A stretch of 64,000 nucleotides of DNA, taken from assembly GCA_963674705.1 (NCBI GenBank), contig OY771506.1:4128001-4192000 (forward strand), written 5' to 3'. The notes beneath the pieces were generated by a model. The model was not told the origin of the DNA, made no database searches, and saw nothing but the letters and a program-made list of their open reading frames with translations. The DNA is from Phycisphaeraceae bacterium. Lineage in GTDB: Bacteria > Planctomycetota > Phycisphaerae > Phycisphaerales > Phycisphaeraceae. Positions 1 to 9,711 of the stretch are shown piece by piece (position 1 is the first letter of the stretch; the number at the start of each line of letters is the position of its first letter). A program made the translations under genes and the position numbers.

Positions 1-342
1 CTCGTCCCCGCTATCGTGCAGGACATCGACACCGGTGAGGTGCTGATGATGGCGTGGATGAACGAGGCCGCCTTGCAGCAGACGCTGGAAGTCAAGAAGG
101 CGACCTTCTATTCCCGCTCACGTAACAAGATGTGGATCAAGGGCGAAAGCTCCGGCCACGTGCAGGAAGTGGTCGAAGCTCTTGTTGACTGCGACCAGGA
201 CCTCGTCCTGCTCAAATGCAAGAGCCACGGCCCGTGCTGCCACGTGGGTTACAACTCCTGCTTCTACCGCAAGGTGGATGCAGATGGCAAACTCACTATC
301 GTCGCGGAAAAAGTGTTCGATCCCGACGAAGTCTATAAATAA
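1..342 (+). CDS. hisI: phosphoribosyl-AMP cyclohydrolase (5'-partial; frame open from base 1)
   Basis: LVPAIVQD..GEVLMMAWMN, FYSRSR..W.KGESSGH, DCDQD, CH.G..SCF motifs. Confidence 0.95.
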   Translation, partial: LVPAIVQDIDTGEVLMMAWMNEAALQQTLEVKKATFYSRSRNKMWIKGESSGHVQEVVEALVDCDQDLVLLKCKSHGPCCHVGYNSCFYRKVDADGKLTIVAEKVFDPDEVYK

Positions 343-382
343 CATCGATGCGAAAACCAAGTGATGGTGCATTTTGGTTTAA

Positions 383-514
383 AATGGCGAATGACGAATT
401 CACGAATGTCGAATCAATGTCGAATTCCTAATGACGAGTGAAGCGAATCACAACCATTCGACATTCGACATTTGGACATTCATTCAACATTCGTGAATTC
501 GTCATTCGTGCATT
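383..514. repeat. imperfect inverted-repeat hairpin built of AATG(A/T)CG heptamers
   Basis: left arm AATGGCGAATGACGAATTCACGAATGTCGAATC matches the reverse complement of right arm ...ATTCGTGAATTCGTCATTCGTGCATT. Confidence 0.85.
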
Positions 515-560
515 AATATCCCACACTGATCTTCAGTCAGTTTGAAAGTGCAAGGAAAAC

Positions 561-1682
561 ATGGCTAAAAAGAAGTCAAAGAAAACATCAGCCCCCGCGC
601 ACCTCGCCGACCGCGTGAAGAACCTTCAGAAACGCCTGCGCCCGACCGGCGCCGATGCCCTGCTGGTCAACAACCCGCGCGACATCCGCTATCTCACCGG
701 TTTCGTCGGCGACGATTCCTGGGCGCTGATCCCGATGCGCGGCTCAAAGGTCTACATCCTCAGCGACTTCCGCTTCGATGAGCAGATCGAAAACGAAGCG
801 CCGCACGCTGTCGCGATCATGCGCAAGAAGGGCCTTGCCGAAGAACTCAAGAAGCTGGCTGACAAGATCAAGGCCGACAAGATCATGCTCCAGCCGCAGT
901 ACACCACGCTCGAATTGCGTAAGACCATCGCCAAGCACGTCGGCGCGCGTTCGCTGATGGTCAAGGATGACGGCCTGCTCAAGCAGCGCGCCATCAAGGA
1001 CGCTGTCGAGGTCAAACAGATCCGCAAAGCCATCGCCATCCAGCAGCAGGCGTTCAAGGAAACGATCAAGTTCCTCAAGCCGGGGCAGAGCGAAAACGAG
1101 ATCACGGCTTATTTGGAGTACCGCATGCGGGCCATGGGTGCCGACGGCCCGGGCTTCCCGTCCATCGTTGCCGCCGATGCCAACGCCAGCCTCTGCCACG
1201 CCATCCCCGGCCCCAAGAAAATCAAATCAGGCGGCATCCTGCTGATCGACTGGGGTGCCTGCTACGGCGGGTACCGCTCGGACATGACACGCGTTGTCGC
1301 GCTGGGCAAGATGAAGCCCAAACTGCGTGAGATCTACAAGATCGTGCTGGATGCCCAACTGGCCGCCATCGACGCGATTGCCCCCGGCGTGAAACTGTCT
1401 GACGTCGACAAGGCCGCCCGCGACGTGATCTCTAAAGCCGGTTATGGCGAGCAGTTCGGTCACGGCCTGGGCCACGGTATCGGTCTGGATATCCACGAAG
1501 ATCCCCGCCTCGCCGCCACCGCTAAGGGCGTCCTGGAGCCCGGCCACATCGTCACCGTCGAGCCCGGCATCTACCTGCCCGGGATCGGGGGCGTCCGTAT
1601 TGAGGATGATGTGCTGGTAACCGCCAAGGGCCACCAGGTCATGTGCGATTTGCCCAAATCGCTGGAATCCGCGATTATTTGA
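561..1682 (+). CDS. Xaa-Pro aminopeptidase (M24B family)
   Basis: creatinase-like N-domain; D.G..YGGYRSDMTR, HGLGHGIGLDIHE, TVEPGIY, GVRIEDD. Confidence 0.93.
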   Translation: MAKKKSKKTSAPAHLADRVKNLQKRLRPTGADALLVNNPRDIRYLTGFVGDDSWALIPMRGSKVYILSDFRFDEQIENEAPHAVAIMRKKGLAEELKKLADKIKADKIMLQPQYTTLELRKTIAKHVGARSLMVKDDGLLKQRAIKDAVEVKQIRKAIAIQQQAFKETIKFLKPGQSENEITAYLEYRMRAMGADGPGFPSIVAADANASLCHAIPGPKKIKSGGILLIDWGACYGGYRSDMTRVVALGKMKPKLREIYKIVLDAQLAAIDAIAPGVKLSDVDKAARDVISKAGYGEQFGHGLGHGIGLDIHEDPRLAATAKGVLEPGHIVTVEPGIYLPGIGGVRIEDDVLVTAKGHQVMCDLPKSLESAII

Positions 1683-1776
1683 GTCTTGTTAAGTCCAGAC
1701 CATCACGCCGATTGAGCGTGATCAACGAACCAGGCCCGCCGTGAAGTGCCACGATGCCGGGCCACAGGAATGTTTC

Positions 1777-2238
1777 ATGGTTGATCTGAAAACACTACGA
1801 CAGCTCATCAAGCTCATGGTCGACAACGACCTGACCGAGTTGGATATCCAGGCCGAGGGCGGTCCAATCAAGCTCAAACGTAACAGCCAAGGTGCGGTCG
1901 TGCCCTCGATGCCCGTGGCGATGCCCGCTGCGCCGACGCAGCAGTCTGCGATCCCCGCCGCCCAAACAGCCCCGGCTGCGGACGATCAGGATGATGACGG
2001 CGAAACCATCGACAGCCCGATGGTCGGCACGTTCTACTCCGCTTCCAGCCCGGACGCCCCGGCTTTCGTCAACGTCGGCGACCGCGTCAACGAAGACACC
2101 GTCGTGTGTATCGTCGAAGCCATGAAAGTCTTCAACGAGATCAAGGCCGAGACCTCCGGCACGATCGAAAAGATCCTGGTCGACAACGGCCAGGCCGTCG
2201 AGTTCGGCCAACCCCTGTTCACGATCAAGCCGGGATGA
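1777..2238 (+). CDS. accB: acetyl-CoA carboxylase biotin carboxyl carrier protein
   Basis: SPMVGTFY, EAMKVFNEI biotinylation motif; Pro/Ala linker; upstream of accC; ATG at 1777 preferred over GTG 1741. Confidence 0.96.
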   Translation: MVDLKTLRQLIKLMVDNDLTELDIQAEGGPIKLKRNSQGAVVPSMPVAMPAAPTQQSAIPAAQTAPAADDQDDDGETIDSPMVGTFYSASSPDAPAFVNVGDRVNEDTVVCIVEAMKVFNEIKAETSGTIEKILVDNGQAVEFGQPLFTIKPG

Positions 2239-2341
2239 GGGTCTGGGGTCTAGGGTCTGGGGACTAGCCGGATCTATGACCTCGACCGCATTGCGCTTGT
2301 TTCGTTTCTGACCAGACCCAAGACCCTGGACCCCAGACCCC
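2239..2341. repeat. heptamer (GGGTCTR) inverted-repeat hairpin between accB and accC
   Basis: GGGTCTG GGGTCTA GGGTCTG GGGACTA ... CCAGACC CAAGACC CTGGACC CCAGACC. Confidence 0.85.
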
Positions 2342-2345
2342 ACTT

Positions 2346-3689
2346 ATGTTTTCACGCATACTCATAGCAAACCGAGGCGAAATCGCGGTACGGATCATCC
2401 GCGCCGCCCACGATCTGGGGATCGAAGCGGTCGCTGTCTATTCGACCGCCGACAAGGACTCCAAGCACGTGAAGATCGCGGACCAGGCGATCTGCATCGG
2501 TGCGCCTTCACCGGCCGAGTCATACCTGAACATCGCCCGGATCATTGCCGCCGCCGAGGTCGCCAACGTCGACGCGATCCACCCCGGCTACGGCTTCCTC
2601 GCTGAAAACGCACACTTCGCCGAGGTCTGCCGATCCTGCAACATCGAATTCATCGGCCCCAGCGTCGAGTCCATGCGCCTGCTCGGCGACAAGGTCCAGT
2701 GCAAGCAACTGGCCATCAGCACCAAAGTCCCGACCAGCCCCGGCTCGAAGGGTGAAGTTGAGGAAGAGGACGAAGCGATCAAGACCGCCAAGGAGATCGG
2801 CTATCCCGTCATCATCAAGGCGGCCGCCGGCGGTGGGGGACGCGGGATGCGCGTGGCGCACAACGACATGTCCCTGCGTTCAGGGATGAAGGCCGCCAGG
2901 CAGGAAGCCGAAGCCGCCTTCGGCAACGGCACCGTCTACCTTGAAAAGTTCATTGAACACGCTCGCCACGTCGAGGTCCAGGTCATCGGCGATATGCACG
3001 GCAACGTCTGCCACCTCTACGAACGCGACTGCACCATGCAGCGCCGCAAGCAGAAGCTCATCGAAGAATCTCCCTGCCCCGTCTTGAGTAAGGACGAACG
3101 CGAGAAGCTCTGTAAGTCCGCCGCACGCCTCTGCAAAGCGGCCGGCTATTACTCCGCAGGTACCGTCGAGTTCCTCATGGGTTCCGACAAGCAGTTCTAC
3201 CTCATGGAGGTCAACACCCGCGTCCAGGTCGAACACCCCGTCACCGAACTCGTCACCGGCGTCGATATCGTCAAGGAACAGATCCGCATCGCCACCGGTG
3301 AAAAACTCTCCTTCACGCAGAAACAGATCAAGCAGACCGGCCACGCCATCGAGGTCCGTATCAACGCCGAAGACCCGGCCCGAAACTTCGCGCCCTGTGC
3401 CGGCACGATCGAACACTTCGACGCACCCGGCGGCCCGGGCGTCCGCCTCGACACCCACTGCCACGCCGGCTACCGCATCCCGCCAAACTACGACTCCATG
3501 ATCGCCAAACTCATCGTGCACCAACCCACGCGCGACGAAGCTATCGCCACGCTCAAGCGTGCCCTCGCCGAGTTCACGATCGACCCGATCAAGACCACCA
3601 TCCCCCTGCACGCCGACCTCGCCCGCAACGGCAACTTCATCCGCTCCGACATCGACATCAACTTCGTCGAACGCTTACTGGGGCTTTGA
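2346..3689 (+). CDS. accC: biotin carboxylase
   Basis: [49 protein letters not shown]. Confidence 0.97.
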   Translation: MFSRILIANRGEIAVRIIRAAHDLGIEAVAVYSTADKDSKHVKIADQAICIGAPSPAESYLNIARIIAAAEVANVDAIHPGYGFLAENAHFAEVCRSCNIEFIGPSVESMRLLGDKVQCKQLAISTKVPTSPGSKGEVEEEDEAIKTAKEIGYPVIIKAAAGGGGRGMRVAHNDMSLRSGMKAARQEAEAAFGNGTVYLEKFIEHARHVEVQVIGDMHGNVCHLYERDCTMQRRKQKLIEESPCPVLSKDEREKLCKSAARLCKAAGYYSAGTVEFLMGSDKQFYLMEVNTRVQVEHPVTELVTGVDIVKEQIRIATGEKLSFTQKQIKQTGHAIEVRINAEDPARNFAPCAGTIEHFDAPGGPGVRLDTHCHAGYRIPPNYDSMIAKLIVHQPTRDEAIATLKRALAEFTIDPIKTTIPLHADLARNGNFIRSDIDINFVERLLGL

Positions 3690-3690
3690 G

Positions 3691-3822
3691 TGTAAATGAC
3701 GAGAACGAAACTCGAATGACGAATCAATGTTCAATGACGAGTATCAAATACCCATACTTTGACATTCGTCATTTGAGCATTGGTTATTGATTCGTCATTC
3801 GAACTTCGTGCATTCGTCATTC
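3691..3822. repeat. AATGACG-heptamer inverted-repeat element between convergent accC and dapF
   Basis: TGTAAATGACGA...ATTCGTCATTCGAACTTCGTGCATT; same family as 383-514 and 6424-6554. Confidence 0.85.
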
Positions 3823-4695
3823 GGGAATTTCCCCCACAAACACTTCCACCGCCGGCCCCGTCATGTACACATGATTGTCCGCCTCACGCCACTCTAAAAG
3901 CAGCTCCCCGCCCGGCACGTGCGCCTTGATCTTCCGTTCACCCTTGCCTGTCAACACCCCCGCCACGCACACCGCGCTCGATCCCGTCCCACACGCAAGC
4001 GTGATCCCGCTGCCGCGCTCCCAGTGACGGATCTTCACCTCGTCGCGTGAAAGCACCTCGACAAAATGCACGTTCATTCGGCTGGGAAACGCGCTGAACC
4101 ATTCCAGCATCGGCCCGACACGCTCAAGCTCCACCGCGTCCACATCATCGACATAAATCGTCACGTGCGGGTTGCCCGTCGAACAGAACGTCCCGGTAAA
4201 ACTCTCGCCCGTTTCCGTCAGCTTGAAACCAAACGTCTGCGGCTGCTCCGTGCTCGTCATCTGATCCGCATCGATCGGCACAAGCGCCGGATCAAGCTTC
4301 GGCTCGCCCATATCCACCGTCACCTGCTTGACCTTGCCCGCATCATCCAGAGCGTAATCCAGCGTCAGCACGCCGTTGCCTGTCTGGATTTTCATCGGGT
4401 TCGCTGTCACCACACCCCGGTCGTGCGCGAGCTTGCACACGCAGCGGATCCCGTTGCCGCACATCTCGCCTTCCGACCCGTCGATGTTGAACATCCGCAT
4501 CCGACAATCCGCATCCACACCGTCCTCCGCCGGCAGCAGCAGGATCAATCCATCTCCGCCGATCCCGAAGTGGCGGTCCGACACCTGTTTAGCAACCGCG
4601 GACGGATTGTCTAATACATCACTTCCGTGGGAGGGGTCGAATCCGTTGATGTAGATGTAATCGTTGCCGCAGCCGTGCATCTTCGTGAAGCGCAT
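3817..4695 (-). CDS. dapF: diaminopimelate epimerase
   Basis: FTKMHGCGNDY, EMCGNGIRC, GNPH, ERGSGITLACGTG. Confidence 0.97.
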   Translation of the reverse strand: MRFTKMHGCGNDYIYINGFDPSHGSDVLDNPSAVAKQVSDRHFGIGGDGLILLLPAEDGVDADCRMRMFNIDGSEGEMCGNGIRCVCKLAHDRGVVTANPMKIQTGNGVLTLDYALDDAGKVKQVTVDMGEPKLDPALVPIDADQMTSTEQPQTFGFKLTETGESFTGTFCSTGNPHVTIYVDDVDAVELERVGPMLEWFSAFPSRMNVHFVEVLSRDEVKIRHWERGSGITLACGTGSSAVCVAGVLTGKGERKIKAHVPGGELLLEWREADNHVYMTGPAVEVFVGEIPE

Positions 4696-4875
4696 ATGGG
4701 TCTCTCTTGTGTTCGGTGAAGCTCAGGATTATAACGAAGTCCAAACAACACAACTTCGGGCATATCGGGTGCCACATCTTGATCGCGCAGCGACAAGGTG
4801 TGCTGTCACGATCACACTTTGCCCCTGCGGTGTCAAAGTGCGGCACCCATCCCATACGCCGTAAGTCGCCCCGGC

Positions 4876-6354
4876 TCAGCCGAACCAGCTATGCAGCAGC
4901 ATCGTCACGATCACCACCAGCACCGCCGCCACATTCACCCACATCATCAGCCGATCGATCGCAAGCCCATTGATCGGCTTACCCGCCAGCGTTTTCAGAT
5001 AATCCTGCCTCCACTTGATCGAACCGTGTCGCCAACTGTGCTTGTCTATACGGATGCTGTTCAAACCCGCCACATGCTGTAGCGCATCGATCATCGTTTG
5101 CGCATCTCCCTCGTCGATCGTATCGCTGTTACGTTCCATCGCCAGGTGCACGACTGCGAACGTGTCCGCCTGCCGTTCGATCCGCCGGGACACCCAGCCG
5201 AACCCCACAATCCACGCCAACACCGCCGCCGCCAGCGTGCCGATCACCAGCAGTGTCCTGTCATCGAACAAACCCAGCCCCGCAAGTACCGCGCCGCTGG
5301 AATCAGTCGACACACTCAACATCTGATCGATCTCCCGCCCGCCGATTCCGTTCGTGGCAAGAAACACAACTCCCAACACCTCGACTGCGCTCAGTAACGC
5401 CACCGCCGTCACCAGCAGCCAGATCATGTGCTTCTTGCGCACGTGCCCAAGCTCATGCGCCATCACCGCCTCGATGTGATGCATGTGCATCTGCTGGAGC
5501 AACCCATCCGTAATCAGGATGTACCTCAGCGGCCCGATCAGCCCCATCACCGCCGCGTTAATCATCCCCCCGTACGTCCGCCATAGCAGCAACTCCCGAA
5601 TCCGCACATTATGTGTTCGGCACATCTCAAGCAGATGCTGACGTAAAGCCCCCTCGGGTATCGGCGCTGTATCCCACGCCATCCGGATCATCACCGGAGC
5701 AAACAGGAAGATCGTGATGCTGCCTACCAGCGTCCACGCGGTCTGCGTCAGCTCCGTCGTCCCCGCCCAGCCCTGTCGGCCCATCCACTGCACAACCTCG
5801 TTCCACGTGATCACACCAAGCAGCGGCAGAAGGATCAACAGAATCTGATACCGATACTGCGATGTCACAAACTGCCACCGCGACCAGATCGGATAGATCG
5901 GCAACCCCTCATCCAGCCTGCGATTGATCGCCGCATCGCGCAGCCGCCGTTCGATCGGGTAATAAACCCACCACCCAATGCCCCACATCACAAGCGTCGG
6001 CAGCATCACCGCCAGCTCATCGATCAGGATCGGATGCTCAATCCCCGTAGCCGCTTCGATCCAGTTGCGTACCAGCACCAGCAGACCCAGGTATAGATCC
6101 AGCGAAAACAGCACCAGTACACCAACACGGTAATACCCCCCGAATCGCTCGATCCGCCGCAGGTCTTTCTTGTCAGGCGCCTCCAGCAACCGCCGAAACG
6201 TCACCCGACACGCCGCCGCGTATCCCCCGGCCAACAAGACCTTCAACCCAAACACCACCAACAGGATCAACCACCCGGGCAAATCCCGCACGAACACCAA
6301 CGCCTCGTCGTGCAGGAACAAAATCAGTATCAGCCCAAGTACCAGTAGCTGCAT
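4876..6354 (-). CDS. membrane M48-family (Ste24/HtpX-like) zinc metallopeptidase
   Basis: multiple TM segments; NAAVMG, HELGH, ERQAD, C-terminal HGS..WR. Confidence 0.85.
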   Translation of the reverse strand: MQLLVLGLILILFLHDEALVFVRDLPGWLILLVVFGLKVLLAGGYAAACRVTFRRLLEAPDKKDLRRIERFGGYYRVGVLVLFSLDLYLGLLVLVRNWIEAATGIEHPILIDELAVMLPTLVMWGIGWWVYYPIERRLRDAAINRRLDEGLPIYPIWSRWQFVTSQYRYQILLILLPLLGVITWNEVVQWMGRQGWAGTTELTQTAWTLVGSITIFLFAPVMIRMAWDTAPIPEGALRQHLLEMCRTHNVRIRELLLWRTYGGMINAAVMGLIGPLRYILITDGLLQQMHMHHIEAVMAHELGHVRKKHMIWLLVTAVALLSAVEVLGVVFLATNGIGGREIDQMLSVSTDSSGAVLAGLGLFDDRTLLVIGTLAAAVLAWIVGFGWVSRRIERQADTFAVVHLAMERNSDTIDEGDAQTMIDALQHVAGLNSIRIDKHSWRHGSIKWRQDYLKTLAGKPINGLAIDRLMMWVNVAAVLVVIVTMLLHSWFG

Positions 6355-6375
6355 CTATGTTTCTCAATATCTAAT

Positions 6376-6412
6376 CCCCCTCTCCCCCTGGGAGAGGGCC
6401 GGGGTGAGGGCC
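6376..6412. repeat. REP-like palindrome CCCCTCTCCC-n-GGGAGAGGG..GGGGTGAGGG
   Basis: short perfect hairpin plus tail; a related copy lies in opposite orientation at 17722-17775. Confidence 0.7.
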
Positions 6413-6423
6413 GGATACCTGTC

Positions 6424-6554
6424 AATGCACGAATGACGAAGTCGCGAATGACGAGAGAATGACCAAATCCAAATGACGAATACTGTTTACACATTTGTAA
6501 TTCGTCATTTGAGCATTCTTTCGTCATTCATCATTCGTGAATTCGTCATTTACA
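6424..6554. repeat. AATGACG-heptamer inverted-repeat element
   Basis: begins AATGCACGAATGACGAA, ends TCGTCATTTACA; a diverged inverted copy of 3691-3814. Confidence 0.85.
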
Positions 6555-6579
6555 CCTATCTGTGGCTAAAAACAGCTTT

Positions 6580-7491
6580 TCAATTCGCTCTGCGCATCTC
6601 CTGCAGCGTCACTGCATCCGCCGCACGTCCCGCTTCGGCCAGCATTGGATCGTCGCTCGCAATCGCCGTCTGGATCGCTTGATTCATCGCACGACGGTTC
6701 CCGCGATCCACCGTGTATCGCTGAATCCCCAGCTTCAACGTCGCCTCGATGCGGAACATCCGGTCCTGATCGTTCAGCGCGATATTCACCAGATCGCCCG
6801 GGTGCGGCTCAACACCCATCATCACTTCCAGCTTCGGCTGCCACTCACGACGGATCTCACTTAACGCAGCCGCCCATTTACTTAGCGCTTCGCGATCCAG
6901 CGTCTCATCCTTTTCCGCCAGCAGAACCAGCATCGTCCCGGCCGACTCCATCATGTCCAGCCCCGTATTCTTGTGATACAGCCGGTCACTGTGATCAAAC
7001 AGCCGTTGGCCAAACAACCACACCGCCAGCGCCAGGTTACGCGCCTCGTCCTTCTCGCCCTTGGAATACACCATCACCGCATGCTTCAGTACCCATTCAT
7101 AAATACTTTCGACCGCTTCGCCGTAATCTGGGTCTGCCCCGTTTGCCACCGCGATATGCCCATCCAGAAAGCCGTCATCGATCTGTCCCGCATCCGCCGC
7201 CAGTAAGAGCAGTTCGCTTAATCTGTCCACCATTTCATCATGCTCGCGCGTCCGCTCCAACACACGTGGATTCTGATTAAACAGCTCGATCGCCTGCTCG
7301 TAATACGCCCCCGCATCCGCTTGCGGTTTAGCAGGCGTCACCAACGCGGGCAAATCCCCAGGCAATGTCTGCTTCACCAGCGCTGATTCACTGGTTACAG
7401 AAGTAGGCGGATCGGCAAAGCCATACATAAACACGACCAACGCAAGGGCCATCACCAGTACAACCAGCGTGATCACATAAACAGGCTTCAT
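6580..7491 (-). CDS. hypothetical protein, N-terminal membrane anchor, helical body
   Basis: long ORF with hydrophobic N-terminus; start overlaps the larC stop (ATGA coupling). Confidence 0.75.
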   Translation of the reverse strand: MKPVYVITLVVLVMALALVVFMYGFADPPTSVTSESALVKQTLPGDLPALVTPAKPQADAGAYYEQAIELFNQNPRVLERTREHDEMVDRLSELLLLAADAGQIDDGFLDGHIAVANGADPDYGEAVESIYEWVLKHAVMVYSKGEKDEARNLALAVWLFGQRLFDHSDRLYHKNTGLDMMESAGTMLVLLAEKDETLDREALSKWAAALSEIRREWQPKLEVMMGVEPHPGDLVNIALNDQDRMFRIEATLKLGIQRYTVDRGNRRAMNQAIQTAIASDDPMLAEAGRAADAVTLQEMRRAN

Positions 7492-8417
7492 GAAGTTGCA
7501 GGCTCCGTCACTTCAACCTCGCCCGGTGTCAGCCTTCCGACCGGCTCCACTACGCCGAGCATCAACCTCAATAAGTTCGGCACTTTCGGGTCCTGACGAT
7601 CACCCGCGCCATAACCCACCGCTTTCAGCGTCATCGCAGGCGGGGGCCCGAGCGTCTCACACAGCGCCTTCACGATCGCCGCACCTGTCGGCGTGACCAG
7701 TTCGCCCGTCCGATCCACGCCCACCGTCGGCAAGCCACGCATCAGGTACGCTGTCGCAGGCGCGGGCACAGGCATCAATCCGTGATCGCACTTCACAAAC
7801 CCACGCGATATCGGCAATGCCCCGCAACTGAGCGTGTCCACCTCCAACAATTCCAGCGCCACCGCCGCGCCCAGCATGTCCACGATCGAATCGATCGCTC
7901 CGACCTCATGGAAGTGCACCTTCTCGATCGGCATCCCGTGCACCTCCGCCTCGGCTTCGGCCAGCGCAGTCGTAATCCGCCTGGCACGCTCCCGGGCCCG
8001 CTCGGATGTGTCCAGCTTGTCTATCATCGCCATGATGTCGCGGTAGTGCGTGTGGTGATGATGGTGATGACCGTGGTCGTGGTCATGTGAATGGCCGTGA
8101 TCGTGCGTATGGCCGGGATGCTTATGATCGTGGTCATGTCCGTGATGATGGTCATGGCTATGACCGTGTCCGTGGGGATCATGTTCGTGGTGATGATGGT
8201 GCTCGTGGTCCGACTGACCGTCCAGCACCTTCAGGTCCACCGCGCCGATCCCGTGCCGCTGCACGCGCTGCGTTGTGATCCGGCACTTCTCGGACACGCC
8301 CAACGGCTCAAACGCCTTGGTGATAGCCTCCACCGCCACACCCAGATCCACCGCCGCGCCCAGGAACATGTCCCCCGCGATGCCGCTGAAGGGGTCGATA
8401 TGCAAATGTGTTGTCAT
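7488..8417 (-). CDS. larC: nickel-pincer cofactor nickel insertase LarC, N-terminal part only, with His-rich tract
   Basis: D.FSGIAGDMFLGA, His-rich linker, VHFHEVGAIDSIVD, HG.MPVPAPAT, ELVTPTGAA, GYGAG, PNLLR. Confidence 0.9.
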   Translation of the reverse strand: MTTHLHIDPFSGIAGDMFLGAAVDLGVAVEAITKAFEPLGVSEKCRITTQRVQRHGIGAVDLKVLDGQSDHEHHHHHEHDPHGHGHSHDHHHGHDHDHKHPGHTHDHGHSHDHDHGHHHHHHTHYRDIMAMIDKLDTSERARERARRITTALAEAEAEVHGMPIEKVHFHEVGAIDSIVDMLGAAVALELLEVDTLSCGALPISRGFVKCDHGLMPVPAPATAYLMRGLPTVGVDRTGELVTPTGAAIVKALCETLGPPPAMTLKAVGYGAGDRQDPKVPNLLRLMLGVVEPVGRLTPGEVEVTEPATS

Positions 8418-8604
8418 GCCGCCATCATAGCCCGCCCGAAGGCCACGCTCCACGATTTGATAAATCTATTAACAATCGCATGTTCTGAATCCACGGATGT
8501 TGCAGGAAGTGCCCCGGATTGACCGATCAGGTTAGAGGGCTACGCTTACCCATGGATAAGCCGTATCAGCAAACCCCCATGCAGAATCCACCGAGGTAAC
8601 CTCA

Positions 8605-9711
8605 ATGTCTGAAGACCATAATCCCAACCAACCGCCCCAGCCTGAGGGTCGGCCGCCCGTCAACCCATCCTACTCCGCTCCGCCGCCTCCGCCGCCTCCG
8701 GGATATCCTCCGCCATACTACGCCCCGCCTGCCGCTAAACCCGCCGGCGGCGTAATCACCAAGGTCGCGACATCATTAGTCGCCACCATCTTTATCTCCT
8801 CGCTGTTCCTGAACCTGTACCTCGGCTGGATCGTTTCCCAGCAGGTCTCGCTCTCGCCGGTTGTCGAACAGAGCTATCAGGACGGCGAAACCACCGAACG
8901 TATCGTGATCCTGCCGATCAACGGCATGATCAACGACGAAACCGCCAGCTTCGTACGCCAGGCGATCAAGGCATTGGATGAGAATCCACCGGCCGCAATC
9001 GTCCTGCGTGTCAACTCCGGCGGCGGCGGCGTCGGCGCTTCCGACCGCATCTGGCACCAGATCGATCAGTACAAGCAGAAGCACCCGAACGTGAAAATGG
9101 TCGCCAGCTTCGGCTCATACGCAGCCAGCGGTGGATACTACGTCTCCACCCCTTCCGACCACATCATCGCCGAGACCACCTGCATCACCGGCAGCATCGG
9201 CGTGATGGGCCAGCTCTTCACCTTCGAGGGCCTGCTCGACAAGGTCGGCGTCGATCCGATTACGATGGTCGCCACGGAAAGCCCGAACAAGGACACCGCT
9301 AACAACCTCACGCGCACCTGGACCGAGCAGGACCGCGAAGTGCTGCAAGTCTTGCTGGATAATGCTTACGAGCGTTTCCTGGAGGTCGTCGTGCAGGGCC
9401 GTGACGGCATCCTCGACGAAGCCCAAGTCCGTGCAATCGCAGACGGCCGCGTCCTGACCGCCCAGCAGGCGCTGGATGCCAAGATCGTGGACGAGATCGG
9501 CTACCTCGACGACGCCATCGTCAAGGCCGCCGACATGGTCCAGCTCGATCCCGCCAAGGTGCGCGTAACCGTGCTCGGGCCCAAACCGACGTTCATGCAG
9601 GCACTGCTCGGCGCGGATACCAAGCTGCCTGAACTGAACGCCGAGCAGGTCCGCTCCGCCATGACGGAGATGGGCACGCCCCAGTTGAACTACCAGATGA
9701 TGCTGCGATGA
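8605..9711 (+). CDS. sppA: signal peptide peptidase SppA (S49)
   Basis: LRVNSGGG, AASGGYY, TGSIGV, DGRV.TA.QA...VDEIG; Pro-rich N-terminus plus TM. Confidence 0.9.
   Translation: MSEDHNPNQPPQPEGRPPVNPSYSAPPPPPPPGYPPPYYAPPAAKPAGGVITKVATSLVATIFISSLFLNLYLGWIVSQQVSLSPVVEQSYQDGETTERIVILPINGMINDETASFVRQAIKALDENPPAAIVLRVNSGGGGVGASDRIWHQIDQYKQKHPNVKMVASFGSYAASGGYYVSTPSDHIIAETTCITGSIGVMGQLFTFEGLLDKVGVDPITMVATESPNKDTANNLTRTWTEQDREVLQVLLDNAYERFLEVVVQGRDGILDEAQVRAIADGRVLTAQQALDAKIVDEIGYLDDAIVKAADMVQLDPAKVRVTVLGPKPTFMQALLGADTKLPELNAEQVRSAMTEMGTPQLNYQMMLR

Noticed and set aside
8040..8210. CAC/CAT/GAC-rich DNA repeat
   Set aside because: Simply the coding sequence of the LarC His-rich tract.
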